Positions 50,461 through 60,766 of a stretch of DNA of 64,000 nucleotides are shown here, in pieces. The notes beneath the pieces are model-generated. The model was not told the DNA's origin and ran no database searches. It was given only the letters and a program-made list of their open reading frames with translations. The position numbers and the translations under genes were made by a program. The stretch's first letter is position 1. Each line of letters begins with the position of its first letter. Source of the stretch: an uncultured delta proteobacterium (GTDB lineage Bacteria; Myxococcota_A; UBA9160; UBA4427); assembly GCA_963822965.1 (NCBI GenBank), contig CAWGJT010000006.1, positions 832,001 to 896,000 on the forward strand, read 5' to 3'.

Positions 50461-51119
50461 GGCGACCTCCGCTTCTGGGGAGCGATGGGGGGCCCGAGCC
50501 GGGGGACGCGGCTACGGAATTCCGCGTGGTAGCCGCGATAGTAGTTCAGAACCCGCGAGACGTAATCGAGGGTTTCCGGGTAGGGGGGAACCCCTCGATA
50601 GCGGTCGACGGCCTTGGGGCCGGCGTTGTAGGCCGCCAGCGCCCGCTTCAGGTCGCCGTAGCGGTCCAGCATGTCGCGCAGGTAGCGGGTGCCCCCGTCC
50701 ACGTTTTCGCCCGGGTGGAAGGGGTCGCGGACCCCGAGCTTCCGCGCCGTGGCGGGCATCAGCTGCATCAGGCCCTGAGCGCCCACCCGGGAGACCGCCC
50801 GGGGCTCGAAGTTCGATTCTGCGGCGATCACGGCCTTCACGAGGGCCGGCTCCACCCGGTGGTTGCGGGCCGAGCGCAGGATGAGGGGGTCGTAGCTGTC
50901 CTCCGCGGGCACCTTGGTGCCATGCCGGACCTGCTGGCGGTCGACGAAGTCGGCGGGCCGGGTGGGCACCCACTCGTAGCGCGCGTCCTCGGGCGAGTCG
51001 GTGAAGTGCACGACGCCCCGGTCGTCCACGTAGCGGTAGACGGCCGCCTGGGCGGTCGGGATGCCACTTACCAGCAGAAGAAGGCCGAAGGCCGCACACC
51101 CGATGAGGAATCGACGCAT
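50457..51119 (-). CDS. Lytic transglycosylase (SLT) with N-terminal DUF4124
   Basis: YRYVDDRGVVHFTD, AESNF, GAQGLMQLMP, AAYNAG, ET..YV. Confidence 0.92.
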   Translation of the reverse strand: MRRFLIGCAAFGLLLLVSGIPTAQAAVYRYVDDRGVVHFTDSPEDARYEWVPTRPADFVDRQQVRHGTKVPAEDSYDPLILRSARNHRVEPALVKAVIAAESNFEPRAVSRVGAQGLMQLMPATARKLGVRDPFHPGENVDGGTRYLRDMLDRYGDLKRALAAYNAGPKAVDRYRGVPPYPETLDYVSRVLNYYRGYHAEFRSRVPRLGPPIAPQKRRSP

Positions 51120-51428
51120 GGAAGCCCCTATGGTTCCACACCGGCCCGAATCTGGCCGCGTCCGGGATCTGCCCTGGCACCCGGAGGGAACTTCCGCCCC
51201 GGACACCCCCCTCCCTACAGTCGGCATCCGAGTCGGCGACGTTTAGCGCCGTTTGGTGATCCGGAGTGCTCCCAGCACGTGACCTGGCGCACCAGCCGCG
51301 CGGAACCCTTCTACCACGGGCCCCGGGGGAAAACCACCCCGTAATCGTGACGGTTTGGATTGCAGGGGCTCGGTACACGTCCCTAGACTCGACCTCACCA
51401 TCAGGCTCCCAGCCCTGAAGGACGCGCC

Positions 51429-53069
51429 TTGACGCAGACGAGCGATGATCGGCACCTCTTCGACTTCCTGGTCATCGGAAGCGGCCTCGCCGGCCTCTTC
51501 TACTCCCTGCGGGTAGCGGAGCACGGCAGCGTCGGGCTGGTCACCAAGCGGCGTAGCGCCGACTCGGCCACCAGCTGGGCCCAGGGCGGCATCGCCGCCG
51601 TGGTCGGGCCCGACGACTCCTTCGAGGCGCACGTCGACGACACCCTGCGAGCCGGCGCCGACCTGTGCAAGGAGGACGTCGTCCGCTTCGTGGTCACCCA
51701 CGGCCCCGACGCCATCGACGCCCTGCTGAAGTACGGCGTCGACTTCGACCGGCGCCGGGAACCCGGCCACGACAGCGAGTTCGATCTCGGCCGCGAGGGC
51801 GGCCACACCCGGCGCCGGGTCCTCCACCACCTCGACATCACGGGCCAGGAGATCGAGCAGTCGCTCATCGCGCGAGCGCGCGCGCACCCGAACATCACCA
51901 TCTTCGAGAACCACTGCGCGATCGACCTGCTGACGTCCCACAAGGCGGGGCGGACGGAGGGCGATCGTGCCCTCGGCGCCTACGTGCTGGACTCGCGCTC
52001 GGGGGAGGTGGAGCGGTTCCAGGCACCGATCACCCTCCTGGCCACCGGCGGAGCGGGCAAGGTCTACCTCTACACGAGCAATCCCGACATCGCGTCGGGC
52101 GATGGCATGGCGATGGCGTACCGCGCGGGTGCCACCGTGGCCAACATGGAGTTCATCCAGTTCCACCCCACCTGCCTCTTCCACCCGCTCGCGAAGTCGT
52201 TCCTCATCAGCGAGGCGGTGCGCGGCGAGGGAGGCGTGCTGCGCACCCAGGCCGGCGAGGCGTTCATGGCCCGCTACCACGAGATGGCCGATCTCGCGCC
52301 GCGGGACGTGGTGGCGCGGGCCATCGACACGGAGCTCAAGCGCAGCGGCAACGAGTACGTGCTGCTCGACGTGACCCACAAGGACGCGGACTTCCTGCGC
52401 TCGCGCTTCCCCAAGATCTACGAGCGTTGCCGGAGCTTCGGCTTCGACATCACGCAGCAGCCGATCCCGGTGGTGCCGGCCGTCCACTACTGCTGCGGCG
52501 GCGTGCGCACGAACCTGTCGGGAGAGACCGACCTGCCGAACCTGTTCGCCGCCGGCGAGGTGGCGAACACCGGCCTCCACGGCGCGAATCGCCTGGCCTC
52601 GAACTCGCTGCTCGAGGCCCTGGTGTTCGCCGAAGCCGCCGCCGCCGAAGGGATCCGACGTCGCGAGGAGATTCCGGATACGGGCGACGCGCCCGTGTGG
52701 GAGTCCGGCGACGCCACCGAGAGCCACGAGGCGGTCGTCATCACCCAGAACTGGGACGAGATCCGTCGCTTCATGTGGAACTACGTCGGCATCGTGCGCA
52801 GCGACAAGCGCCTGGCCCGCGCCCAGCGCCGCATCAGCCTGCTGCGCGAGGAGATCGACGAGTACTACTGGAACTTCCGCATCACGCCCGACCTGATCGA
52901 GCTGCGGAACCTGGCGACGGTGGCCTCGCTGGTGATCTCCGCGGCGCGCTTCCGCCAGGAGAGCCGCGGTCTGCACTACAACCTCGACCACCCGGACCGG
53001 GACGACGAGCACTTCCGACGCGACACGCTGCTGCAGCGCGGCGAGGCGCCGCGCTGCGACCCGGGCTAG
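51429..53069 (+). CDS. nadB: L-aspartate oxidase
   Basis: [59 protein letters not shown]. Confidence 0.96.
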   Translation: MTQTSDDRHLFDFLVIGSGLAGLFYSLRVAEHGSVGLVTKRRSADSATSWAQGGIAAVVGPDDSFEAHVDDTLRAGADLCKEDVVRFVVTHGPDAIDALLKYGVDFDRRREPGHDSEFDLGREGGHTRRRVLHHLDITGQEIEQSLIARARAHPNITIFENHCAIDLLTSHKAGRTEGDRALGAYVLDSRSGEVERFQAPITLLATGGAGKVYLYTSNPDIASGDGMAMAYRAGATVANMEFIQFHPTCLFHPLAKSFLISEAVRGEGGVLRTQAGEAFMARYHEMADLAPRDVVARAIDTELKRSGNEYVLLDVTHKDADFLRSRFPKIYERCRSFGFDITQQPIPVVPAVHYCCGGVRTNLSGETDLPNLFAAGEVANTGLHGANRLASNSLLEALVFAEAAAAEGIRRREEIPDTGDAPVWESGDATESHEAVVITQNWDEIRRFMWNYVGIVRSDKRLARAQRRISLLREEIDEYYWNFRITPDLIELRNLATVASLVISAARFRQESRGLHYNLDHPDRDDEHFRRDTLLQRGEAPRCDPG

Positions 53070-53076
53070 CCCGGAG

Positions 53077-55071
53077 ATGCGCCCCCCCCGCCCCCGACGC
53101 TTCCGCCCCGCGCTCGCGCGGGGCGTGCCGCTGCTGCTCGCGTGCGGGACGCTGCTGCTGGCCTGCACCAGCGGGGTGCCCCTGACGATCGAGGCGCCCC
53201 CGATCAACGCGCGAACCCGCGCCCTCTATGCGCGGACCAACCTGGAGAAGGCGCGCGCCCTGCGCGCCGCCGGGCGCCTCGACGTCGCCGAGAGCGTGGC
53301 CCGGCGGGGCCTCTCCTTCGAGCCCGACGACCCCGAGCTACTGCGCCTGCGGGCCGATCTCCTGGAGAAGCTCGGACGTCCCGGCGAGGCGGTGGCCCTG
53401 CGCGAGCACGCCGACCGGATCGACCCGCCGCCGCCCCCCCTCGACGACGCCCCCGACCCGCTCGCCAGCCCCGAGACGGAGATGGTGGTCGCGCTGCTGC
53501 CCCCGTCGAGCTCCCTGCTGGAGTCGGCCGCCGCCCGCGGTCGCCTGCCGGCGAGCTGGCCCGAAGGCGAGGCGGCGGAGACGTTGCAGAAACGCTTCCA
53601 GGTGCGGCTCCCCGACGCGCGCATCGAGGTCGTGGCCGACGACGAGCATCCCGTGGCGCGCTCGGTGCCGGACGCCCGGGCCTGGGTTCGGAGCCTGCGG
53701 GCCGACGCCATCGTGTCGGTGCGCGTGGACCGCGCGTTCTGTGCCCAGTCGGTCAAGGACGGCGACTTCGCGGTGGCCTGGCTGCGGGTGGCGGTGGCCC
53801 TGCCGAACGCAGCCGGGCCCGACACCCACCTCGTCCGCACGGCCCTGGACACCCCCGTTCGCCCGGGCTGTGAGGCGGCGGCGATCGCGCGCGCGGTGGA
53901 GCGCGTGCTCGAGCTGCACGCGGTGCAGCAGGCCCTCACCGCCGGCCCGGCCCCGACCCACAGCCGCTACGCGAACGCGTCGATCCGCGCGACCTTCCCG
54001 GTGCTCGAGCAGCGCGCCGAAGAGGAGGTCGTCCAGGGACGACGCTACCTGTCCCTGGGCGAGCTCGGCCTGGCGCAGGATCACTTCCGGGCCGCCGCGG
54101 CGATCGATCCCGAAGACCCGGTCACCCTGGCCTTCCTGGACGACGTGGGGCGCACCCTCGAGCTGGCACGACAGCTCGAGCGGGAGCCCCGGGATGCCGA
54201 GGCGCTCGCGCCGGGAGACGAGCCCGAGCGCAGTGCCGCGGCGGGTGCCGAGCCCGACTCCGCCGCGGATGCCGAGTCCGACTCCGCCGCGGATGCCGAG
54301 CCCGACTCCGCCGCGGATGCCGAGCGCGGTGCGGTCCACCTGGCCGCGCAGCTCAGCCCGGCCCAGCGCCTGGGGCTCGAGGCGCAGCTCGCCCACGAGC
54401 GTCGCCGGCGCGAGGAGATGCTCTCGGCACTCGCCGTGCTGTACGAGATGCGCAACGCGCCCACCGGCGGCACCGTGGCCGCCATGCGTCCCAGCCCCGG
54501 CGACGACCCGAAGACCACGGGGGCCGTCCTGGCGCGGGCCCGGTTGCCCCAGGGTCGCAGGGTGGAGGTGCGCACCCTCTACGCGCCGAACGGCAGCGTC
54601 ATCGCCCGCTACTACTTCCCCGAGGACAGCGACGCCCCCGTCCTGCGCGAGGACGACACCAGCGGCGACGGCACCCCGGACCGCTGGCTCGCCTACGAGA
54701 ACGGCGTCGTCTCCGAGGTCTGGGAGGCCGAGAATCCCGGCTCCCCGCCGAACCTGCACCTGGTCTACGGGCCCGGCGGATCGCCGATCGAACGCGTGGA
54801 GATCGACCACGACGGCGACGGCCGGCTCGACCGCCTCTTCGTCTACTCGGGCGGACGCCTGCGCGAGGAGTCCTGGGACACGAACGGCGACGGCGCCTTC
54901 GATCGCTTCCAGCAGTTCGACGAGAGCGGCAGCCTCACCCTGCGCGAAGAGGACGTGGACGGCGACGAGCAGATCGACGTCCGCACCGCGTACAACAAGG
55001 GCCGCATCGTGCGTCGCGAGATCTTGAACGAAGAGATCCTGAACCAGGAGCTCCGCAGTCAGGTGCAGTAG
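53077..55071 (+). CDS. TPR-containing lipoprotein with C-terminal Dx[DN]GDG repeats
   Basis: Lipobox LLAC, TPR-like helices, four D.(S/D/N)GD(G/E)..D loops. Confidence 0.75.
   Translation: MRPPRPRRFRPALARGVPLLLACGTLLLACTSGVPLTIEAPPINARTRALYARTNLEKARALRAAGRLDVAESVARRGLSFEPDDPELLRLRADLLEKLGRPGEAVALREHADRIDPPPPPLDDAPDPLASPETEMVVALLPPSSSLLESAAARGRLPASWPEGEAAETLQKRFQVRLPDARIEVVADDEHPVARSVPDARAWVRSLRADAIVSVRVDRAFCAQSVKDGDFAVAWLRVAVALPNAAGPDTHLVRTALDTPVRPGCEAAAIARAVERVLELHAVQQALTAGPAPTHSRYANASIRATFPVLEQRAEEEVVQGRRYLSLGELGLAQDHFRAAAAIDPEDPVTLAFLDDVGRTLELARQLEREPRDAEALAPGDEPERSAAAGAEPDSAADAESDSAADAEPDSAADAERGAVHLAAQLSPAQRLGLEAQLAHERRRREEMLSALAVLYEMRNAPTGGTVAAMRPSPGDDPKTTGAVLARARLPQGRRVEVRTLYAPNGSVIARYYFPEDSDAPVLREDDTSGDGTPDRWLAYENGVVSEVWEAENPGSPPNLHLVYGPGGSPIERVEIDHDGDGRLDRLFVYSGGRLREESWDTNGDGAFDRFQQFDESGSLTLREEDVDGDEQIDVRTAYNKGRIVRREILNEEILNQELRSQVQ
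54247..54325 (+). repeat. In-frame 24-bp tandem repeat (~3.3 copies; AEPDSAAD)
   Basis: GCCGAG(C/T)CCGACTCCGCCGCGGAT three times. Confidence 0.95.
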
Positions 55072-55107
55072 CGCGCCCCCGCCCGCCACTCCCGCGCGGT
55101 CGCGAAG

Positions 55108-55902
55108 CTATTCGGGCGTGACGTAGGCCGCGGTGATGCCGCCGTCCACCAGGAAGGTGGATCCCGTCACGTAGGACGAAGCCGGCGACGCCAGGAAGAG
55201 CGCGGCGCGCGCGATCTCGCTCGCCTCGGCGAGGCGTCCCATGGGAATGTGAACCATGCGGCGGGCGCGTACCTCGGGATCCGCCAGGAACTCCGCCAGC
55301 AGGGGCGTGTTCACCGGACCCGGACACAGCGCGTTGGCCCGCACGTTCTGTCGGGCGTACTCGACGGCGATCTCGCGCGTCATCGCGAGCACGCCCCCCT
55401 TGCTGGCCGTGTAGGCGATCTGCGAGGTGGCGGCGCCCACCACGGCCACGAAGGACGCCGTGTTGATGATGGAGCCGCCTCCGGAGGCCAGCATCGCCGG
55501 AATCCCGTACTTGCAGCCCAGGAAGACGCCCTTGAGGTTGATGTCGATCACCTGGTGCCACACGTCTTCGGGCGTGTCGACGGGCGAGCCGTCGAGCGCC
55601 GGGAACACGCCGGCGTTGTTGAACATCACGTGCAGTCCGCCGGTCTCCTCCACGCAGGCTTCCACGGCCCGCCGCATGTCGTCGGCACGCGAGACGTCCG
55701 CCGGGACGAAGAGCGCCCGGCCGCCCTCGGCCTCCACCTGCGCCACCGTCTCGCGACCCGCGCGCTCGTCGCGCTCGCAGACCACCACGCAGGCCCCCTC
55801 GCCGGCGAAGAGCCGCGCCGCCTCGCGCCCGATCCCGCTTCCCGCTCCGGTGATGAGCGCCGTGCGTCCTTCCAGACATCCACCCGACTGCGAGCCCGCC
55901 AC
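55108..55902 (-). CDS. SDR oxidoreductase
   Basis: TGAGSGIG, NNAG, TASFVAVVGAATSQIAYTASKGG. GGAGGAG RBS with GTG. Confidence 0.92.
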   Translation of the reverse strand: MAGSQSGGCLEGRTALITGAGSGIGREAARLFAGEGACVVVCERDERAGRETVAQVEAEGGRALFVPADVSRADDMRRAVEACVEETGGLHVMFNNAGVFPALDGSPVDTPEDVWHQVIDINLKGVFLGCKYGIPAMLASGGGSIINTASFVAVVGAATSQIAYTASKGGVLAMTREIAVEYARQNVRANALCPGPVNTPLLAEFLADPEVRARRMVHIPMGRLAEASEIARAALFLASPASSYVTGSTFLVDGGITAAYVTPE

Positions 55903-56068
55903 TTCGTCTCCTCCCTCGGCCGGCGCCGAGACCGGGGGACGATACCCGAGACCCCGGCAGGCCGAGGAGACCGCGCGTCGCGTCGCCGGAGGCCGAGCGA
56001 CTTTGTGGTAGCTTTGCGCCGCGGGTGCGGCGATGACGCTCGGGCCGCATTTCTCGGGGGCCCTGGCG

Positions 56069-57985
56069 GTGTGCGGCATCTGCGGGATCGTGGACCTGAG
56101 GGCGAGCTCGGTCTCGGAGGCCGACCTGCTCGCGCTGCGGGACGGCATCCGCCACCGCGGTCCCGACGACGCCGGCACCCACATCGAAGGCGGCGTCGGC
56201 CTGGGCGCCCGCCGCCTCTCGATCCTGGACCTCTCCCCTCGCGGCCACATGCCCATGGCCAACGACGACGAGACCCTGTGGCTCACCTACAACGGCGAGG
56301 TCTACAACTTCGCCGAGCTGCGCCGCGAGCTGGAGGCGCGGGGGCGGCGCTTCCGCTCCGATTCGGACACCGAGGTGGTGTTGCGCGCCTACGAGGAGTG
56401 GGGCGAGGCCTGCGTCGAGCGCCTGGCGGGAATGTTCGCGTTCGCCCTGTGGGATCGCCCGCGACGCCGCCTCTTCGCCGCCCGCGACCGCCTGGGCGTG
56501 AAGCCCCTGTTCTTCGCCCACGAGGGGTCGCGGCTGGTCTTCGCCTCGGAGATCCACGGCCTCTACCGCTTCGTGCCCCCCACGCCCGACCGCATCGACC
56601 CGCTCGCGCTCGACTACGTGCTCCGCAGCGGCTACCCGCCGCCGGATCGCTGCTTCGTCCGAGGCCTCCAGAAGCTGCCGCCGGCCCACAGCCTGGTGTT
56701 CGACGAGCACGGGCTCCGGCTGCAGCGCTACTGGCGGGTCCGCTTCCGGCCGCAGCGGCACCTCGACCTCGAGGAGGCTCTGGACGAGCTGGACGAGCGC
56801 CTCGGCCGGGCCGTGGCGCGCCGGCTGCGGAGCGACGTCCCCCTCGGCGCGTTCCTCTCCGGCGGCATCGACTCGGGCCTGGTGACCGCGCTGGCGGCCC
56901 GCGCCGTCCCCGGGCCCCTCAACACCTTCTCCGTGGGCTTCGCCGGGGCCCGTCCCGACGAGGACGAGCGGCCCCTCGCGCGCCTGGTCTCCGAACGCTA
57001 CGGCACGCAGCACCGCGAGCTCACCGTCGCGACCGACCACCGGCGCATCCTGACCCGCGTGCTCTGGCACATCGGCGAGCCCTTCGCGGACGTGGGCGCG
57101 CTGCCGATGTACGAGATCTCCCGAGAAGCCAAGCAGTTCATCACCGTGGCGCTCTCGGGGGACGGGGGCGACGAGTCGTTCGCCGGGTACGGCAACATAC
57201 GCGCCGCCGTGCTGGCCCAGCGCTTCCGGCGCCTGGCGCCCGTGCCCGTGCGGCGACTGCTGGCGGGCCTGACCGGCGCACCGGACGTGCAGGAGCGGGT
57301 CGCGGTCGCCGGTAAGCTCGCGCGCTGGCTCGAACGCTACGTCGAGCAGAGCGTCGCCGGGCAGCTCGGCCAGGCGACGAGCTGGAGCGACGCGCGACGT
57401 CCCTCGCTCTACGGCCCGGAGGCCAGACGACGGCTCGGCGACACCAGCGCCCGGCAGATCGTCGAGGGGGTACTGGCGGCGGCGGGTCCGCTCGAGGACG
57501 GCGAGCTCCACCTGTTCGCCGACCTGGAGCTGCTGCTTCCGGGCGACTACCTCACCAAGGTCGACATCGCGAGCAGCATGGCGTCGCTGGAGGTGCGCTC
57601 GCCCTTCCTCGATCACGAGCTGGTGGAGTTCGCCGCCTCGCTGCCGCTCTCCCAGAAGCTCCTGGGAGGCCGGCAGAAGGGACTGCTGCGTCGCCTGGCC
57701 GAGCGGCATCTCCCCGGGGCGGTGGTGCAGGCCCCCAAGCGAGGCTTCGCGCCGAGCCTGTCGCGCTGGCTGCGTGGCGACTGGGCGGACCTGGTGCGCA
57801 GCCTCACCGACGACTCGCGCTGGGTCGCCGCCGGGACCTTCGACGGCGACGTGGTCCGCCGCACGGTCGCCGAGCACCTGGACGGACGCGCGGATCACGG
57901 GTACGCGCTGTGGATCGTGCTGTGTCTCGAGATCTGGTGGCGGCTCTTCGTCGACCGGTCGCTGGCGCCCGGGGACGCGCTGTGA
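56069..57985 (+). CDS. asnB: Asparagine synthase (glutamine-hydrolysing) family amidotransferase, likely polysaccharide amidation
   Basis: (M)CGI, HRGPD, YNGEVYN, ARDRLG.KPL, LSGGIDS, SGDGGDE, SLEVRSPFLD; coupled to the GT4 gene. Confidence 0.92.
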   Translation: MCGICGIVDLRASSVSEADLLALRDGIRHRGPDDAGTHIEGGVGLGARRLSILDLSPRGHMPMANDDETLWLTYNGEVYNFAELRRELEARGRRFRSDSDTEVVLRAYEEWGEACVERLAGMFAFALWDRPRRRLFAARDRLGVKPLFFAHEGSRLVFASEIHGLYRFVPPTPDRIDPLALDYVLRSGYPPPDRCFVRGLQKLPPAHSLVFDEHGLRLQRYWRVRFRPQRHLDLEEALDELDERLGRAVARRLRSDVPLGAFLSGGIDSGLVTALAARAVPGPLNTFSVGFAGARPDEDERPLARLVSERYGTQHRELTVATDHRRILTRVLWHIGEPFADVGALPMYEISREAKQFITVALSGDGGDESFAGYGNIRAAVLAQRFRRLAPVPVRRLLAGLTGAPDVQERVAVAGKLARWLERYVEQSVAGQLGQATSWSDARRPSLYGPEARRRLGDTSARQIVEGVLAAAGPLEDGELHLFADLELLLPGDYLTKVDIASSMASLEVRSPFLDHELVEFAASLPLSQKLLGGRQKGLLRRLAERHLPGAVVQAPKRGFAPSLSRWLRGDWADLVRSLTDDSRWVAAGTFDGDVVRRTVAEHLDGRADHGYALWIVLCLEIWWRLFVDRSLAPGDAL

Positions 57986-59142
57986 CGGACCCCCTGCGCG
58001 TGCTGGTGGGCACGAGCGACTATCCCTCCCAGGACCGACCCCACGTCCGCACCTTCGTCGGCGCGCTGGTGAACGAGTGGCTCCGCCAGCACGTGGACGT
58101 CGCGGTGGTGGCGCCCCGCCCTCTCTGGCAAGGGGCGCCCGTGGAGCAGGGCGACCGACCCCCGGTGCTGCGACCGCCCTTCGTGTCCCTCTCCAACCGC
58201 GAGATTCCCGGGCTCGGCTCGACCCTGCGTCTCACGGTCGCGTCCTTCTCCCGGGCGCTGGCGCGAGCGGCCCGCGCCCTGCCCTTCGAGGCCGACGTCG
58301 CGTATGCGCACTTCCTGTTTCCGGCCGGCGACGGCATCCTGCGCGTCGCCCGGGAGCGCGGAATCCCGGCGGTGGTGGCGCTGGGGGAGTCGGCGCTGGC
58401 CTACTACGACACCCACCTCGGTCGCGCGCGCGTCGCCGCGACCGTCGCGGCATTCGACGGCATCCTGTCCGTCTCGCAGGAGAACCGGGACTGGTGCGTG
58501 AACGAGCTGGGCGCCCGGCCCGAACGGATCCGCGTGGTGCCCAACGCGGTGGACACGCACCGCTTCCACCCCCTCGACAGGGCGGCGGCAAGGCTCGCCC
58601 TGGGACTGCCGGCAGATCGGCCGATCGTGGTGTTCGCCGGCCACTGGAACGAACGCAAGGGACCGCTGCGGGTGCTCGAGGCGATGCGCGGGGTGCCGGA
58701 AGCGGGCGTGGTCTTCCTGGGCGAAGGCGCCGAGCGGCCGTCCGGCCCCCAGGTGCTGTTCGCGGGCTCGGTCGCCCACGAGCAGGTTCCGCAGTGGCTG
58801 TCCGCCGGGGACGTCTTCGCGCTGCCGACCCGGGCCGAGGGGTCGTCGAACGCGGTGCTGGAGGCCATGGCCTGCGGCCTGCCGGTCGTCTCGTCGGACA
58901 TTCCCGCCCTGCGAGAGGCCGTCGATGACCGGTGCGCGATCCTGGTCGCACCCGACGACGTGTCCGCCCTGTCCGCGGCGCTCGCCACGATGCTGGGTGA
59001 TCCGGCCCGCCGCGCGGCGGCCTCGCGTGCGGCGCTGGCGCGCGCCACCCGCGTCACCCTGGCCGACCGCGCGGCAACCATCGCCGCCTGGCTGCGCGAG
59101 CTGGCCGACGCATCCCGCGCGAATCCCCGACACCCCGCCTAG
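57982..59142 (+). CDS. Glycosyltransferase family 4
   Basis: VPNAVD..RF, KG, EGSSNAVLEAMACGLPVV; GTGA overlap with asnB. Confidence 0.9.
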   Translation: MTDPLRVLVGTSDYPSQDRPHVRTFVGALVNEWLRQHVDVAVVAPRPLWQGAPVEQGDRPPVLRPPFVSLSNREIPGLGSTLRLTVASFSRALARAARALPFEADVAYAHFLFPAGDGILRVARERGIPAVVALGESALAYYDTHLGRARVAATVAAFDGILSVSQENRDWCVNELGARPERIRVVPNAVDTHRFHPLDRAAARLALGLPADRPIVVFAGHWNERKGPLRVLEAMRGVPEAGVVFLGEGAERPSGPQVLFAGSVAHEQVPQWLSAGDVFALPTRAEGSSNAVLEAMACGLPVVSSDIPALREAVDDRCAILVAPDDVSALSAALATMLGDPARRAAASRAALARATRVTLADRAATIAAWLRELADASRANPRHPA

Positions 59143-60548
59143 CCGAGGGCGACGAAGCCTTCGTCGATCAGGTTCCGGAGCGCCGCGTAGATCTCCAGAT
59201 CCGGCTCGGGGATGATCTCCACCGCCTTGGCGACGGTCATCCCGACCGCCGCCAGGTCGAGGAGCGCCTCCTCGATCTTGCCCAGATCGCTGCGGTCGCC
59301 CGAGGCGCCGGGACGCACGACGAGGGTGGCTTCGGGCGTGATGGGGCCGCCGTCCACCGGCGCCGGATCGTCGCCCGGACCGAACACGTCGTCGAAGACG
59401 AGATCGCGCATGGAATCGTCGTCGGGCGGGCCCGCAGATCCCGGATCCACGGCCGCGTCGCCGGCGGATTCCCGTCGCTCCACCTCCGGCTCATCCAGCT
59501 CGAAATCGTCGAGGTCCACCAGCACGAGGTCGTCGGCGTCGTCCGCCCCCGCTGGGGCCGGCGCGGCCGGCGCAGGAGGCGTGACCCCGGCCGGCGTGCC
59601 GTCGCCCAACAGATCTCCGACCGAGACCGGCTCTCCGTTCACGAGGCTCTCGTCGGGCTGGGCCTCGAACTCGAAGAAGCCTCCCTCCCAGGTCAGGATG
59701 TCTTCCAGCGCCTGTCGACCCGTCGCGTATCCCACCTGCGCCCGCAGCCGACCGTGGTCGATGGTGACGTAGCCCTGCTCGTCGCCTCGGGTGAGCGTGA
59801 GCATGCCGATGGGCGCGCAGCTGCCGAACATGGTGAGCACGCTGCGGATGCCGAGATCGGCGATGGGGCCGTTGATGCCGCCCAGACGGCGGCTGTGCTC
59901 CAGCGTCCGCACGCGTTCGACGAACTCGGCCACCTCCGAGAGTCGCGCCTCGGGAACCCGGAACTCGATGCCCACGCAGCGCGCCCCGCCCGCTTCCACG
60001 TTCCGCGTCACGACGCCGCCCATCTTCATGCCGCCTTCGACGCCGGGGTGATCGATGCGCACGCTCACCTTCTGCCCGATGGGCGGCGGCGTCCCGGGGA
60101 GGAAGACCAGCATGCCCGACCGGCTGACGTTGCGGGTGTGTCCCTCGATCCAGGCGCCATCGACCTGCACCCGCGCCACGACGCGCGCGCGGAAGCGCGG
60201 TGCGATGCGGCGTCCCGTCCCCTGCAGCCGCTCATCGGCGGTCGCCGTCACCGGCCCCGTGAAGAGCTCGAGCTTCGAGCGCACCTCGCCGGCGTCGATC
60301 GTGAACTGGATCGCCACACCGGGCTGCGCCCCGGTCTCGGCCATCTCGGGCGGGATGCAGTGGACGACCTCGCCGGGCAGCACCACCGACTGGTCCCGGA
60401 AGGCGAGGACGAGCTCGACCTCGACGGTGTCGCGCACCTCGAGCAGCCGGCGGGTGGGGATGAAGATGCCGCCCTTCGCGATGTTCTGCGCGTACTCGCG
60501 CCGGAACGAGTCCTCCGTCCGGTACTCCACGCGCAGCTTCCGAGGCAC
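59139..60548 (-). CDS. Tandem PilZ-domain + DUF4388 protein
   Basis: Myxobacterial-type PilZ (NIAKGGIFI), second PilZ with RRIAPR...NVSRSG, DUF4388-like W.GG.FEF, acidic linker. Confidence 0.82.
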   Translation of the reverse strand: MPRKLRVEYRTEDSFRREYAQNIAKGGIFIPTRRLLEVRDTVEVELVLAFRDQSVVLPGEVVHCIPPEMAETGAQPGVAIQFTIDAGEVRSKLELFTGPVTATADERLQGTGRRIAPRFRARVVARVQVDGAWIEGHTRNVSRSGMLVFLPGTPPPIGQKVSVRIDHPGVEGGMKMGGVVTRNVEAGGARCVGIEFRVPEARLSEVAEFVERVRTLEHSRRLGGINGPIADLGIRSVLTMFGSCAPIGMLTLTRGDEQGYVTIDHGRLRAQVGYATGRQALEDILTWEGGFFEFEAQPDESLVNGEPVSVGDLLGDGTPAGVTPPAPAAPAPAGADDADDLVLVDLDDFELDEPEVERRESAGDAAVDPGSAGPPDDDSMRDLVFDDVFGPGDDPAPVDGGPITPEATLVVRPGASGDRSDLGKIEEALLDLAAVGMTVAKAVEIIPEPDLEIYAALRNLIDEGFVALG

Positions 60549-60766
60549 AGGTCCGCCCTCGGCCCATCGACGTTCCGGGCCTCTCGAATCCGTGAGAAAT
60601 CCTGGCCTCTCATCGGGTGGACGACGTCCGAACCTGACGGGTCGCGAAGGAGTGCGCGATGGCTCGCGGCCATGCGCAGCGGACGTGCAGGTGGCGCGCA
60701 GGGAGACCGGCTGGGGCCGGATTCCTCACAGGCCTGGTCAACCCCTGGCCACCGCGCGGGCGCCCA

